Below, piece by piece: positions 19,596-29,080 of a DNA stretch of 64,000 nucleotides (its first letter is position 1; every line of letters begins with the position of its first letter). The notes below the pieces were generated by a model. It was not told the origin of the DNA and did not search any database. It saw only the letters and a list, made by a program, of their open reading frames with translations. The DNA is from a candidate division Kazan bacterium GW2011_GWA1_50_15. GTDB taxonomy: Bacteria > Patescibacteriota > Kazan-3B-28. The stretch is from positions 279,128 to 343,127 of the forward strand of contig CP011216.1 in assembly GCA_001029795.1 (NCBI GenBank). The letters are read 5' to 3'. Position numbers and translations under genes: made by a program.

Positions 19596-20243
19596 TTATC
19601 CGTTGGTTGGTTGATCAGTCGCGGTTGATTCCTGATTTAAGATCCAAACCTTAATCCCGATCGTCCCGTACGTGGTATAGGCAACCCGAAAAGCGTATTC
19701 AATCGGCTGCTTGATAGTATGCAAAGGTACTTTGCCAAAACTGAGCATTTCTGTCCGGGCGATTTCAGCGCCGTTCAACCGGCCCGCGACCACAATCCGG
19801 ACACCCTGCACTCTGGCTTGCTTAGCGGCGTCAACCGCCTGCTTGATCACGCGACGAAATGGGATGCGCCGCTCGATCTGCTCAGCGATATTGGTAGCGA
19901 CTATCGCCGCGTTACTTTCTGGATTACGTACCTCTTGAATATTTACTTCAACCGTCGTCTTGGTCAGCTTGACCACTTCTTTTTTGAAAGTCTCCACCCC
20001 GGCTCCGCCCCGACCAATAATCACGCCTGGTCTAGAAGAATGAATGGTGACGGTCGTAGCGTTGGCAAATCTCTCGATCTCCACATCGGCGATCGCTGCC
20101 TTTTTGAACTTGGCGAAGGCCAACTTTCTGATCTGGTAGTCTTCGACCAACCACTTAGCGTATTTGCGCGTATCAAACCAGCGCGACTGCCATTTTGCAC
20201 TCGTGCCCAAGCGGAAGAGTTGTGGATGGATCTTTTGTCCCAT
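19596..20243 (-). CDS. rpsC: 30S ribosomal protein S3 (start placed at MGQKIHP)
   Basis: The track ORF starts at 20378 and would overlap rplV. The conserved S3 N-terminus MGQKIHP begins at 20243 (cat 20241-20243). Confidence 0.85.
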   Translation of the reverse strand: MGQKIHPQLFRLGTSAKWQSRWFDTRKYAKWLVEDYQIRKLAFAKFKKAAIADVEIERFANATTVTIHSSRPGVIIGRGGAGVETFKKEVVKLTKTTVEVNIQEVRNPESNAAIVATNIAEQIERRIPFRRVIKQAVDAAKQARVQGVRIVVAGRLNGAEIARTEMLSFGKVPLHTIKQPIEYAFRVAYTTYGTIGIKVWILNQESTATDQPTNG

Positions 20244-20247
20244 AGGA

Positions 20248-20775
20248 TTATTTGTTAGTCGTCCGGGGAGTAAATATTTTACCCAGACCGCGTCGACCGG
20301 CGGCCGATCTGCCCTTATCCGGCAGCTGGTTAAACCCGGCTGGGCTGGCCTTAGGAGTCGGCTCAGCGGTAGAGGCAACTTCCGTAGGCTGGGCTGGCTT
20401 AGCCGTAGGCGGCTGGACGACTGGTTTCTTGACCCGGCTAGGCTTGATCTCGGTTAGAACGACTTTCAGATGCGCGGTCCGCTTTAACAGTTTATCTGAC
20501 CCGCCGTGAGAACGGAACCAGTATCGCTTATAAACCGATCCAGCGTCGACCGTCAGATGTTCTATCTTGAGATTGTCTTCTTTTAGGTTGTAGTTATTCA
20601 CAGCGTTCTGGATAGCTGATCGGATAACCTTGGACAGCAAGACGGCTGATTTACTCTGATGATACCGTAACCGCTCAACCGCGGCCTTAGCCGGTAGGCT
20701 CCGCAAAATATTGGCCAGTGGCCGAATTTTTTTCGGGCTCATCCGAACAGATTTAGCTGTAGCTTGGATCTCCAT
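20248..20775 (-). CDS. rplV: 50S ribosomal protein L22 with a Pro/Ala/Lys-rich C-terminal extension
   Basis: L22 core (SPKKIRPLANILRSLPAKAAVERLRY) plus a ~60-aa low-complexity tail. Confidence 0.9.
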   Translation of the reverse strand: MEIQATAKSVRMSPKKIRPLANILRSLPAKAAVERLRYHQSKSAVLLSKVIRSAIQNAVNNYNLKEDNLKIEHLTVDAGSVYKRYWFRSHGGSDKLLKRTAHLKVVLTEIKPSRVKKPVVQPPTAKPAQPTEVASTAEPTPKASPAGFNQLPDKGRSAAGRRGLGKIFTPRTTNK

Positions 20776-20777
20776 AT

Positions 20778-21122
20778 CTATTTCTTCTTTTTACTTGCCG
20801 GTCCGGCTGGTTTAGCAGCGGCTGGAGCTGGCGCAGCGGTTGCGGTCTTGGCCTGTTCTTTGGCCATCTTCCCGCCGTGGCTGCGGAACTTCCGAGTGTG
20901 AGCGAATTCGCCCAGCTTATGCCCGACCATATTTTCCGTAATGTAGACCGCGATGTGCTCTTTGCCGTTATGAACGCCGATCGTGAGACCAACCATCTCG
21001 GGAGAGATACTGCTGGCTCGGCTCCAAGTTTTGATACTCTTAGCCCCGCTGGCTTTGGCTGCCATCACATGCTTCATCAGGCGCTCATCAATATAGGGAC
21101 CTTTAATGCTTGATCGACTCAT
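20778..21122 (-). CDS. rpsS: 30S ribosomal protein S19 with an Ala/Pro/Lys-rich C-terminal tail (start at [10 protein letters not shown])
   Basis: Canonical S19 N-terminus [12 protein letters not shown]...; the track ORF start at 21167 would overlap rplB. Confidence 0.85.
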   Translation of the reverse strand: MSRSSIKGPYIDERLMKHVMAAKASGAKSIKTWSRASSISPEMVGLTIGVHNGKEHIAVYITENMVGHKLGEFAHTRKFRSHGGKMAKEQAKTATAAPAPAAAKPAGPASKKKK

Positions 21123-21126
21123 AGGA

Positions 21127-21981
21127 TTACTTCTTTCTGCCCTTCTTGCGCGGACGCGGTTTAACAATAAGTTTGTTACTCGATTTCTTGCGATCGCGGG
21201 TCTTATAGCCGAGGGCTGGTTTGCCGGTGGGGGTTTTAGGATGTTTCATACCGATCGAGGACCCGCCCTCGCCTCCGCCGTGGGGATGGTCAACTGGGTT
21301 TTTAGCTTTACCCCGGACCCGCGGCCGGCGGCCCATCAGCCGATGGCGGCCAGCTTTACCGATCTTAATATTCATATGTTCGCCATTTGAAACCGCTCCG
21401 ATACTAGCGTAAGCTGTCGCGGGTATCCGGCGCACCTCCCCGGATGGTAGTTTTAAAAGCGCGTAGCCGCTGTCCAGCCCCATCATGGTAGCGCTCGAAC
21501 CAGCGGAGCGGACGATCTGACCGCCCTTGCCAGGGACTAGCTCAACATTATGCACGGTTACCCCGGCTGGCATGGCCGCGAGCTGCATGCGATTGCCCAG
21601 CTTGATCTTGGCGGTTGAGTTAGTAATGACCCGGTCGCCCACTTTGAGACCTTCGGGAGCCAACATGTAGGCCTGCTCGCCATCGCTAAAGATGACATGA
21701 GCGATAAAGGCGGTCCGTCTTGGGTCATAGGCGATCGCTCTCACCGTCGCGGGGATGCCGAACTTTTTCTGATGCAGATCAACTGTGCGCATCAGCTGCT
21801 TGGCGCCGCCGCCGCGCCGCTGCGAGGTGATCACCCCCCGGCTGTTGCGGCCGCTGCCTCGTTTAGCTCCTCGCACTAATCCTTTGACTGGGCGATGCTT
21901 ACTGGTTAAAACTTCTCGGTAGACAAGAACTCGCATACCGCGCTGGCCGGGCGTAACTGGTTTTAATAGACGAACTGTCAT
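21127..21981 (-). CDS. rplB: 50S ribosomal protein L2
   Basis: 284 aa; [16 protein letters not shown]...HPHGGGEG. Confidence 0.9.
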   Translation of the reverse strand: MTVRLLKPVTPGQRGMRVLVYREVLTSKHRPVKGLVRGAKRGSGRNSRGVITSQRRGGGAKQLMRTVDLHQKKFGIPATVRAIAYDPRRTAFIAHVIFSDGEQAYMLAPEGLKVGDRVITNSTAKIKLGNRMQLAAMPAGVTVHNVELVPGKGGQIVRSAGSSATMMGLDSGYALLKLPSGEVRRIPATAYASIGAVSNGEHMNIKIGKAGRHRLMGRRPRVRGKAKNPVDHPHGGGEGGSSIGMKHPKTPTGKPALGYKTRDRKKSSNKLIVKPRPRKKGRKK

Positions 21982-22266
21982 TTATTTATTCTCCTCAAAT
22001 AGAGCGATCCGATCTCCGGATTTCAGCGTCACCACGGCCTTCTTGCGGTCTGATCGTTTAGCTAGCACTCGCCGGAATCGTTTGAGTTTACCGCGCTGAT
22101 TAATTATCCGCACATCTTCAACGGTCACCTTAAATAATTTAGCGATAGCGTCGGCGATCAGGGGCTTACTGGCGCTTTTATCCACAACGAATGTATATTT
22201 GTTGACCGTACCTTGCGAGATACTTTTTTCCGAAATAACCGGTCGATGAATGAGTGTCTTAGCCAT
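21982..22266 (-). CDS. rplW: 50S ribosomal protein L23
   Basis: 94 aa; the position and composition fit L23. Confidence 0.85.
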   Translation of the reverse strand: MAKTLIHRPVISEKSISQGTVNKYTFVVDKSASKPLIADAIAKLFKVTVEDVRIINQRGKLKRFRRVLAKRSDRKKAVVTLKSGDRIALFEENK

Positions 22267-22894
22267 GTGATCTATTTATTCTCCGTAAAAGCTGCTGTTT
22301 ACCTTCACCAACTAAGACTATCGACTGAGCGGACAGAATATTTAAAGCGGTAACTCGAGCGGCTGAGACCACCCATACATTTGGCAGATTGCGCAGTGCC
22401 CGCGCTGCTCCTAAGTCCGACACGATCAGGAGCGCGCGTCTAAGAGCGTCCAGTTCAGGGACTTGTCTTGCGGCATCAGCGGTCTTGTTGATCCCGGCTG
22501 GCAAGTCCATCTGGTAGATAGCACCGGCCTGAGCTTTTGCGAGCAGAGCACCTTGAAACGCTTGGTATTTGGTCTTAGCTGGCATCCGTTGATAAAAGTT
22601 ACGTTCCTTGCTGGGACCAAAGATAACTCCGCCACCCCGCCACAGTGGAGTCCGGCTCGACCCGACTCGGGCCCGGCCAGTACCCTTCTGACGCCACGGC
22701 TTGCGCCCGCCGCCACTTACTTCACCCCGCGTCTTAGTGTGAGCCGGAGATTGGCGTTGGTTGCTTTGGTAGGCCAATATCACCTGGCGCAGCGCTGGGT
22801 GATTTAGTTTGGCTTCGTTCAGCGACAGATCGGCCGGGGTTTGGACGACCAAGACGCTAGCGGGTTGAGTTGTGGAGGGGTTAGCTTTAGCCAT
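22259..22894 (-). CDS. rplD: 50S ribosomal protein L4
   Basis: 211 aa; GGGRKPWRQKGTGRAR motif. Confidence 0.9.
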   Translation of the reverse strand: MAKANPSTTQPASVLVVQTPADLSLNEAKLNHPALRQVILAYQSNQRQSPAHTKTRGEVSGGGRKPWRQKGTGRARVGSSRTPLWRGGGVIFGPSKERNFYQRMPAKTKYQAFQGALLAKAQAGAIYQMDLPAGINKTADAARQVPELDALRRALLIVSDLGAARALRNLPNVWVVSAARVTALNILSAQSIVLVGEGKQQLLRRINRSHG

Positions 22895-23468
22895 GTTTGC
22901 GGATCGCGACTAGACCTTGGCGGGTGCCAGGAACGGCGCCAGTCACAGCTACGAGATTATTTTTAGGATCAACGGCAACTACCTCAAGGTTGCGAACAGT
23001 AACCTGCACGGCTCCCATATGCCCGGACATCCGGCGGCCCTTAGCCACCCTGGGCATCCCCATATCCCCAATAGAACCGGGCGCGCGATGATGGTCGTGT
23101 CCATGCGTCATGGGACCGCGATGAAACTTGTGCCGCTTAACGGTACCGGCAAATCCACGTCCCTTGCTAGTAGCGGTCACGTAGACCTTGTCACCGACCG
23201 TAAATATATCGGCTGTTACCCGTTGGCCAGCCTGATACTCACCCTCGGGGTAAGTAAATTCACCAATGCGCCGCATTCTGGGTTTGCCGCCGCGGGCTGG
23301 CTTGGCGTTGGGCAGACCTAGCTGGATCGCCGAATAACCGTCCTTGTCAGCGGTTTTAATTTGGGTGATGACGTTGGGTTCCGCCCGCAGGATGGTGATA
23401 GCCTTGGCTTTACCGTCTGGCCGGATCATCTGCGTCATCAAAAGTTTTTGAGCGAACATACCTGACAT
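22887..23468 (-). CDS. rplC: 50S ribosomal protein L3
   Basis: 193 aa; FTVGDKVYVTATSKGRGFAGTVKRHKF. Confidence 0.9.
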   Translation of the reverse strand: MSGMFAQKLLMTQMIRPDGKAKAITILRAEPNVITQIKTADKDGYSAIQLGLPNAKPARGGKPRMRRIGEFTYPEGEYQAGQRVTADIFTVGDKVYVTATSKGRGFAGTVKRHKFHRGPMTHGHDHHRAPGSIGDMGMPRVAKGRRMSGHMGAVQVTVRNLEVVAVDPKNNLVAVTGAVPGTRQGLVAIRKHG

Positions 23469-23558
23469 ACTGAAACAATTACTTCTGGCCTCATTAAGGG
23501 GAGGTTCCAGAGGTTAATTAGTAACTAAATTGGTAGGTAATCCCTCGGTAAGCTCGGG

Positions 23559-23918
23559 TCACATCTTCACTTCGATACTCACTCCGGCTGGCAGACTAAG
23601 ATTAGTCAGTGAGTCGATGGTTTTTGGAGTAGGATCCACGATCTCGATCAACCGCTTGTGGATCCTCATCTCGAACTGATCGCGGGAATCTTTATGCACG
23701 AATGTTGATTTCAGAACTGTGTAGATCTTTTTTTCTGTAGGGAGCGGCACTGGGCCCAACACGACCGCGCCAGTCCGCTCAGCAGTTTCAATAATGAGAC
23801 GGGTTGAACGGTCTAAAATCCGATGGTCATACGCTTTCAACCGGATACGAATCCGCTGTTTGGCGTCTTTGGCCTTGTCGGTCTTTTTCTGGCTAGTAGT
23901 TTTAGAGTCTTGTGCCAT
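23559..23918 (-). CDS. rpsJ: 30S ribosomal protein S10
   Basis: [15 protein letters not shown]... Confidence 0.9.
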   Translation of the reverse strand: MAQDSKTTSQKKTDKAKDAKQRIRIRLKAYDHRILDRSTRLIIETAERTGAVVLGPVPLPTEKKIYTVLKSTFVHKDSRDQFEMRIHKRLIEIVDPTPKTIDSLTNLSLPAGVSIEVKM

Positions 23919-23965
23919 CGGCTGTCAAACAACAACTTTACTTGAACCTATATGAAGGTTTTGAA

Positions 23966-24001
23966 CTCCCCCACCTGCCATTCGATAACAAGGTGGGGGA
24001 G
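23966..24001 (-). promoter_or_regulatory. 11-bp GC hairpin between tuf and rpsJ (partial terminator/attenuator candidate)
   Basis: cucccccaccu-13nt-aggugggggag followed by uucaaaacc on the minus-strand RNA; it lacks a strong U-tract. Confidence 0.35.
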
Positions 24002-24018
24002 ATTTTCTCATTTGTTCA

Positions 24019-25206
<1,188 letters not shown>

Positions 25207-25296
25207 ACAGGTTCCTCTTTGCTTAGGTGATTATTAGGTATAAAGTGATACTTTTAGAAAATACACAAAAAGGAGAGGTAATGCAAGGGTTTTCCC

Positions 25297-25332
25297 ACAA
25301 AAAAGCCCCCAAAGGTATAGACCAGGGGGCTT
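25297..25332 (-). terminator. Rho-independent terminator after the 25354-25785 gene
   Basis: The minus-strand RNA reads aagcccccuggucuauaccuuugggggcuu followed by uuuuugug. Confidence 0.6.
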
Positions 25333-25353
25333 AAGGTGTTGAGGACGATAACA

Positions 25354-25785
25354 TCAGTCATCTCGCAAGTCGTTCAGGTATTTCTGGCTGAAGTGTTCTG
25401 GGTGCGCCTTAGCGTGCCAGGACTCTCCCATCTTCCAGACGACCAAACACGTTAGGCCGGTCAGGGTCATGCCCAGGAGTTGATATGGCCAATCTGCCCA
25501 GGGTACCGGGGCAAAAATGAGGGGGACGGCTGTACCCCCTCCCAGCCGTTCGAGTTCTGAGGGAGTGAGAGTATTGCTGGCCCATGCGATCAGAAGCCAC
25601 AGCCCCCAGCCCGAGAACATTAGCTTCCAGGCCGCGCTATTCCAGAACCCGGCCAGGGTCATAGAGCAGAAAGCCAGGATGATGTAGGTCCCGATGATCG
25701 AGACCCATACCCACGGGATAACCCTAAAAGCCAGAATTGCCCAAACGATCAGGCCAGCGCCGACTAAAATCCGCTTAAGGTTCAA
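25354..25785 (-). CDS. Integral membrane protein (4 TM), unknown function, between fusA and tuf
   Basis: 143-aa hydrophobic ORF with no recognisable family. Confidence 0.55.
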   Translation of the reverse strand: MNLKRILVGAGLIVWAILAFRVIPWVWVSIIGTYIILAFCSMTLAGFWNSAAWKLMFSGWGLWLLIAWASNTLTPSELERLGGGTAVPLIFAPVPWADWPYQLLGMTLTGLTCLVVWKMGESWHAKAHPEHFSQKYLNDLRDD

Positions 25786-25854
25786 GGCAGTTTACCTCCT
25801 TTAAAGGTTGCCTAAAATCGCCCCCAGCATAGGTCATCTGGGGGTTCCAGTCAA

Positions 25855-25885
25855 GCAAAAAATCCGCCTCTGAGGCGGATTTCTC
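25855..25885 (-). terminator. Rho-independent terminator downstream of fusA
   Basis: The minus-strand RNA reads aauccgccucagaggcggauu followed by uuuuugc. Confidence 0.65.
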
Positions 25886-25896
25886 TCTTCACCTTT

Positions 25897-25925
25897 ATTA
25901 TACCACTAAATCGCTTTGGTGTCAA
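25897..25925 (-). promoter_or_regulatory. Perfect-consensus sigma70-type promoter TTGACA-17-TATAAT on the minus strand
   Basis: Revcomp of 25920-25925 is TTGACA and of 25897-25902 is TATAAT, with a 17-nt spacer. It lies between the fusA stop and the terminator hairpin. Confidence 0.5.
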
Positions 25926-25934
25926 TTAAGGGGA

Positions 25935-28016
25935 CTACTTTCCACCCATCCGTTTGGCGATCAGCTCGATCTGAATGTTGGCCGGCACCTTCTCGTACTG
26001 GGCGAACTCCATCGTATAGGAAGCCCGGCCCTGCGACATTGACCGCAAGTTAGTGGCGTAACCAAACATCTCCCCTAACGGCACATAGGCCCGAATAACT
26101 TTGGCGTTGCCCCGCTCGGTCATCCCTTCGATGCGGCCGCGCTTAGAGTTCAAGTCCCCCATCACATCACCGGCAAAGTCTTCAGGAGTAACCACTTCCA
26201 CGCGCATAATGGGTTCCAGTAAGGCCGGGTTGCCTTTTTTGACACCCTCCTGCAGAGCCATGCTGCCCGCAATTTGGAAGGCCATCTCGTTGGAGTCAAC
26301 TTCATGGAACGAACCGTCGAACAAGGTCGCTGAGATATCCACTACCGGATAGCCAGCAATAACCCCCCGGCTCATAGCCGCTTCGATGCCTTTCTGGACT
26401 GGCGCAATGAACTCTTTGGGGATAGTCCCGCCAACGATCTTATTAACGAACTCAAATCCGCCATCTAGTTTGGGCGCGAAGCGGACTACCGCGTGGCCGT
26501 ACTGGCCCCGGCCGCCAGTCTGTTTGATGTATTTGGCTTCGGCGACGGCTTCTTGCGTGATAGTTTCGCGGTAGGCCACCTGGGGTTTGCCGATGTTGGC
26601 CTCTACCTTAAACTCGCGCTTCATCCGGTCGACAATAATATCCAGATGCAGTTCGCCCATCCCCTCAATGATGGTTTGGCTGCTCTCGGCATCGGTGTGG
26701 ACTTTAAAAGTTGGGTCCTCTTCGGCTAGCTTGGCCAGAGCCAGACCCATCTTTTCTTGATCGGCTTTTGATTTCGGCTCCACCGCAATAGAAATAACTG
26801 GTTCGGGGAACTCGATCGATTCCAAGATGACCGGATGAGCTTCGTCACACAGGGTATCACCCGTCGTCACGTTCTTTAGCCCCACAATAGCACCAATTTC
26901 TCCAGAGAAAATTTCGTCAACCTCCTCGCGATGGTTGCTGTGCATCCGAAGGATCCGGCTTACCCGTTCTTTAGTGTCCTTGCTTGCGTTCAGCACATAA
27001 GACCCAGATCTCAATTTGCCGGAGTAAACCCTGAAGTAGATCAGTTTACCGACAAAGGGGTCAGTGGCGATCTTGAAGGCTAACGCGGCGAACGGCTCTT
27101 CGTCGCTGGCGTGGCGCACCAATTTGTCCTCGGTGCCAGGTTTCAGTCCTTCAACCGGCGGGATATCTAAGGGGCTAGGCAGATAGCTAACCACTGCGTC
27201 CAATAGTTTCTGCACGCCCTTGTTCTTGAGGGCTGAACCGCACAATACCGGCACAAATTTGTTGGCGATGACCGCCACGCGAATAGCCCGCCTGATCTCG
27301 TCTTCGGTTAGGGCTTGGTCAGCTAAAAACTTTTCCAAAAGCTTGTCTTCGGTCTCGGCCACTTTTTCTAGGAGCTGATGGCGGTACTCTTTGGCCTGGG
27401 CCTGCATATCCTCCGGGATGTCTGTTTCGGTGATCTCTTTCCCCATATCATCTTCGAAGATATAAGCCCGTTCCGTGATAAGATCGACAACGCCCTTGAA
27501 GGTCTCGGCCGCACCGATAGGCAACTGTACCGCGACGGCGTTAGCGCCCAGACGATCGATGATAGTTTTAAAACAAAAATAAAAGTCGGCGCCCATCCGG
27601 TCCATCTTATTAACAAAACAGATACGGGGGACATGATACTTCTCGGCTTGGCGCCAAACGGTCTCGCTCTGCGGCTCCACGCCGGCTACGCCGTCGAAGA
27701 CCACGACACCGCCATCCAAAACACGGAGACTGCGCTCCACCTCAACAGTGAAGTCCACATGTCCAGGAGTATCGATGATGTTGATGCGGGTATCGTCCCA
27801 AAAACAAGTGGTGGCAGCGCTCGTTATGGTAATGCCCCGCTCGCGTTCCTGCTCCATCCAGTCCATTACCGCTTCACCTTCGTGCACTTCGCCTATCTTG
27901 TAGGTCTTACCCGTGTAGTACAAAATCCGCTCGGTAACGGTGGTCTTGCCAGCGTCGATATGAGCGATAATGCCGATGTTCCTGGTTTTGTCGAGCGAAT
28001 ACTGCCGTTCAGTCAT
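25935..28016 (-). CDS. fusA: Elongation factor G
   Basis: 693 aa; [21 protein letters not shown]; domains II-V. Confidence 0.95.
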   Translation of the reverse strand: MTERQYSLDKTRNIGIIAHIDAGKTTVTERILYYTGKTYKIGEVHEGEAVMDWMEQERERGITITSAATTCFWDDTRINIIDTPGHVDFTVEVERSLRVLDGGVVVFDGVAGVEPQSETVWRQAEKYHVPRICFVNKMDRMGADFYFCFKTIIDRLGANAVAVQLPIGAAETFKGVVDLITERAYIFEDDMGKEITETDIPEDMQAQAKEYRHQLLEKVAETEDKLLEKFLADQALTEDEIRRAIRVAVIANKFVPVLCGSALKNKGVQKLLDAVVSYLPSPLDIPPVEGLKPGTEDKLVRHASDEEPFAALAFKIATDPFVGKLIYFRVYSGKLRSGSYVLNASKDTKERVSRILRMHSNHREEVDEIFSGEIGAIVGLKNVTTGDTLCDEAHPVILESIEFPEPVISIAVEPKSKADQEKMGLALAKLAEEDPTFKVHTDAESSQTIIEGMGELHLDIIVDRMKREFKVEANIGKPQVAYRETITQEAVAEAKYIKQTGGRGQYGHAVVRFAPKLDGGFEFVNKIVGGTIPKEFIAPVQKGIEAAMSRGVIAGYPVVDISATLFDGSFHEVDSNEMAFQIAGSMALQEGVKKGNPALLEPIMRVEVVTPEDFAGDVMGDLNSKRGRIEGMTERGNAKVIRAYVPLGEMFGYATNLRSMSQGRASYTMEFAQYEKVPANIQIELIAKRMGGK

Positions 28017-28019
28017 AGT

Positions 28020-28120
28020 GTTTTAATTAGGTGAAAAGGAGAGTAGCGAGCTTGGTTTTGGCTTGCCAAAACTCGGCTTCGCCGACGAACGTCGAGAGGG
28101 AACCCACTGGTGCCCTCTCG
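28020..28120. repeat. Copy A of the ~95-nt hairpin-rich structured repeat, in the rpsG-fusA spacer
   Basis: aggagagtagcgagcttg-[gttttgg ctt ccaaaac]-[cggc ttc gccg]-acgaacgtcgagaggg-loop-ccctctcgagatgttaaaa. It has the same architecture as 52990-53095 and is the inverse of 18166-18270. Confidence 0.7.
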
Positions 28121-28125
28121 AGATG

Positions 28126-28599
28126 TTAAAACCGAGCGAAGTGGGCGAAGGCCTGGTTGGCCTCGGCCATCCGATGTGTTTCTTCTTTTTTCTTCACAGC
28201 GTCACCGGTGTTATTAAAAGCGTCGATAAACTCCTGAGCTAATTTTTCAGCCATTGGTTTGCCTTTTTTCTTGCGTGCCACACTCACCAGCCACTGGAAC
28301 GCCAGTGCGACCCGACGCTCACCAGAGACCTCGGTCGGGATCTGAAGGTTAGAACCGCCCATCCGGCGGGATTTTAGCTGGACTGAGGGAGACACATTGC
28401 GCACCACCGCTTCAAACACTTCAACCGGGTCCTTACCGGTTTTCTGAGCAGCCGTCTGTAGAGCTGAATACACCGTTCTCTCGGCAACGGTTTTCTTGCC
28501 ATTCAACATGATCTTATTAATAAACCGACCGATCATAACATGGCCGTATTTCCGGTCCGGTTCGTGGGTTTTGCGTAAAGTGATCTTTTTTCTGGGCAT
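28126..28599 (-). CDS. rpsG: 30S ribosomal protein S7
   Basis: MPRKKITLRKTHEPDRKYGH... ; S7 fold. Confidence 0.9.
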   Translation of the reverse strand: MPRKKITLRKTHEPDRKYGHVMIGRFINKIMLNGKKTVAERTVYSALQTAAQKTGKDPVEVFEAVVRNVSPSVQLKSRRMGGSNLQIPTEVSGERRVALAFQWLVSVARKKKGKPMAEKLAQEFIDAFNNTGDAVKKKEETHRMAEANQAFAHFARF

Positions 28600-28610
28600 A
28601 GATGAACTAA

Positions 28611-29060
28611 TTAACCGCTGATGGCCGCGGCCGTTGCCGTGGTGGCGCCACTCTTCTTGGTTCCGTATTTGCTTCGGCCTTGTTTGCGATTAGTGGTACC
28701 CGCTGTATCCAAATGCCCCCGTACGATATGGTAGCGAACGCCGGGGAGATCTTTGACCCGGCCGCCTCGGATCATAACGATCGAGTGCTCCTGCAAGTTA
28801 TGGCCGATCCCCGGGATGTAAGCCGTTACCTCCATCCGATTAGTCAACCGCACCCGAGCGATCTTCCGCAGAGCGGAGTTAGGCTTTTTGGGAGTGGTCG
28901 TAGTTACCTTAACACAGACCCCCCGCTTGAACGGGGAACCTTTTGGCAGTTTGACCGGCCGCATCTTCAGAGTATTAAACCGCCGCTGCAGGGCCGGCGA
29001 CTTGCTTTTCTTGGCCGCTACTGTCCGCTTCTTCCTAAGTAATTGATTGATCGTTGGCAC
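28611..29060 (-). CDS. rpsL: 30S ribosomal protein S12 (short N-terminal insertion and Ala/Thr-rich C-terminal tail)
   Basis: [18 protein letters not shown]...[30 protein letters not shown]. Confidence 0.9.
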   Translation of the reverse strand: MPTINQLLRKKRTVAAKKSKSPALQRRFNTLKMRPVKLPKGSPFKRGVCVKVTTTTPKKPNSALRKIARVRLTNRMEVTAYIPGIGHNLQEHSIVMIRGGRVKDLPGVRYHIVRGHLDTAGTTNRKQGRSKYGTKKSGATTATAAAISG

Positions 29061-29080
29061 AGAAGTCAGTTTAGAGGAAG

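Noticed and set aside
25270-25323. 17-aa plus-strand miniORF with AAGGAGAGG SD (MQGFSHKKAPKGIDQGA)
   Set aside because: It is the mirror image of the minus-strand terminator hairpin of the 25354-25785 gene. The SD-like sequence is the complement of that gene's downstream region, so this is a coincidence.
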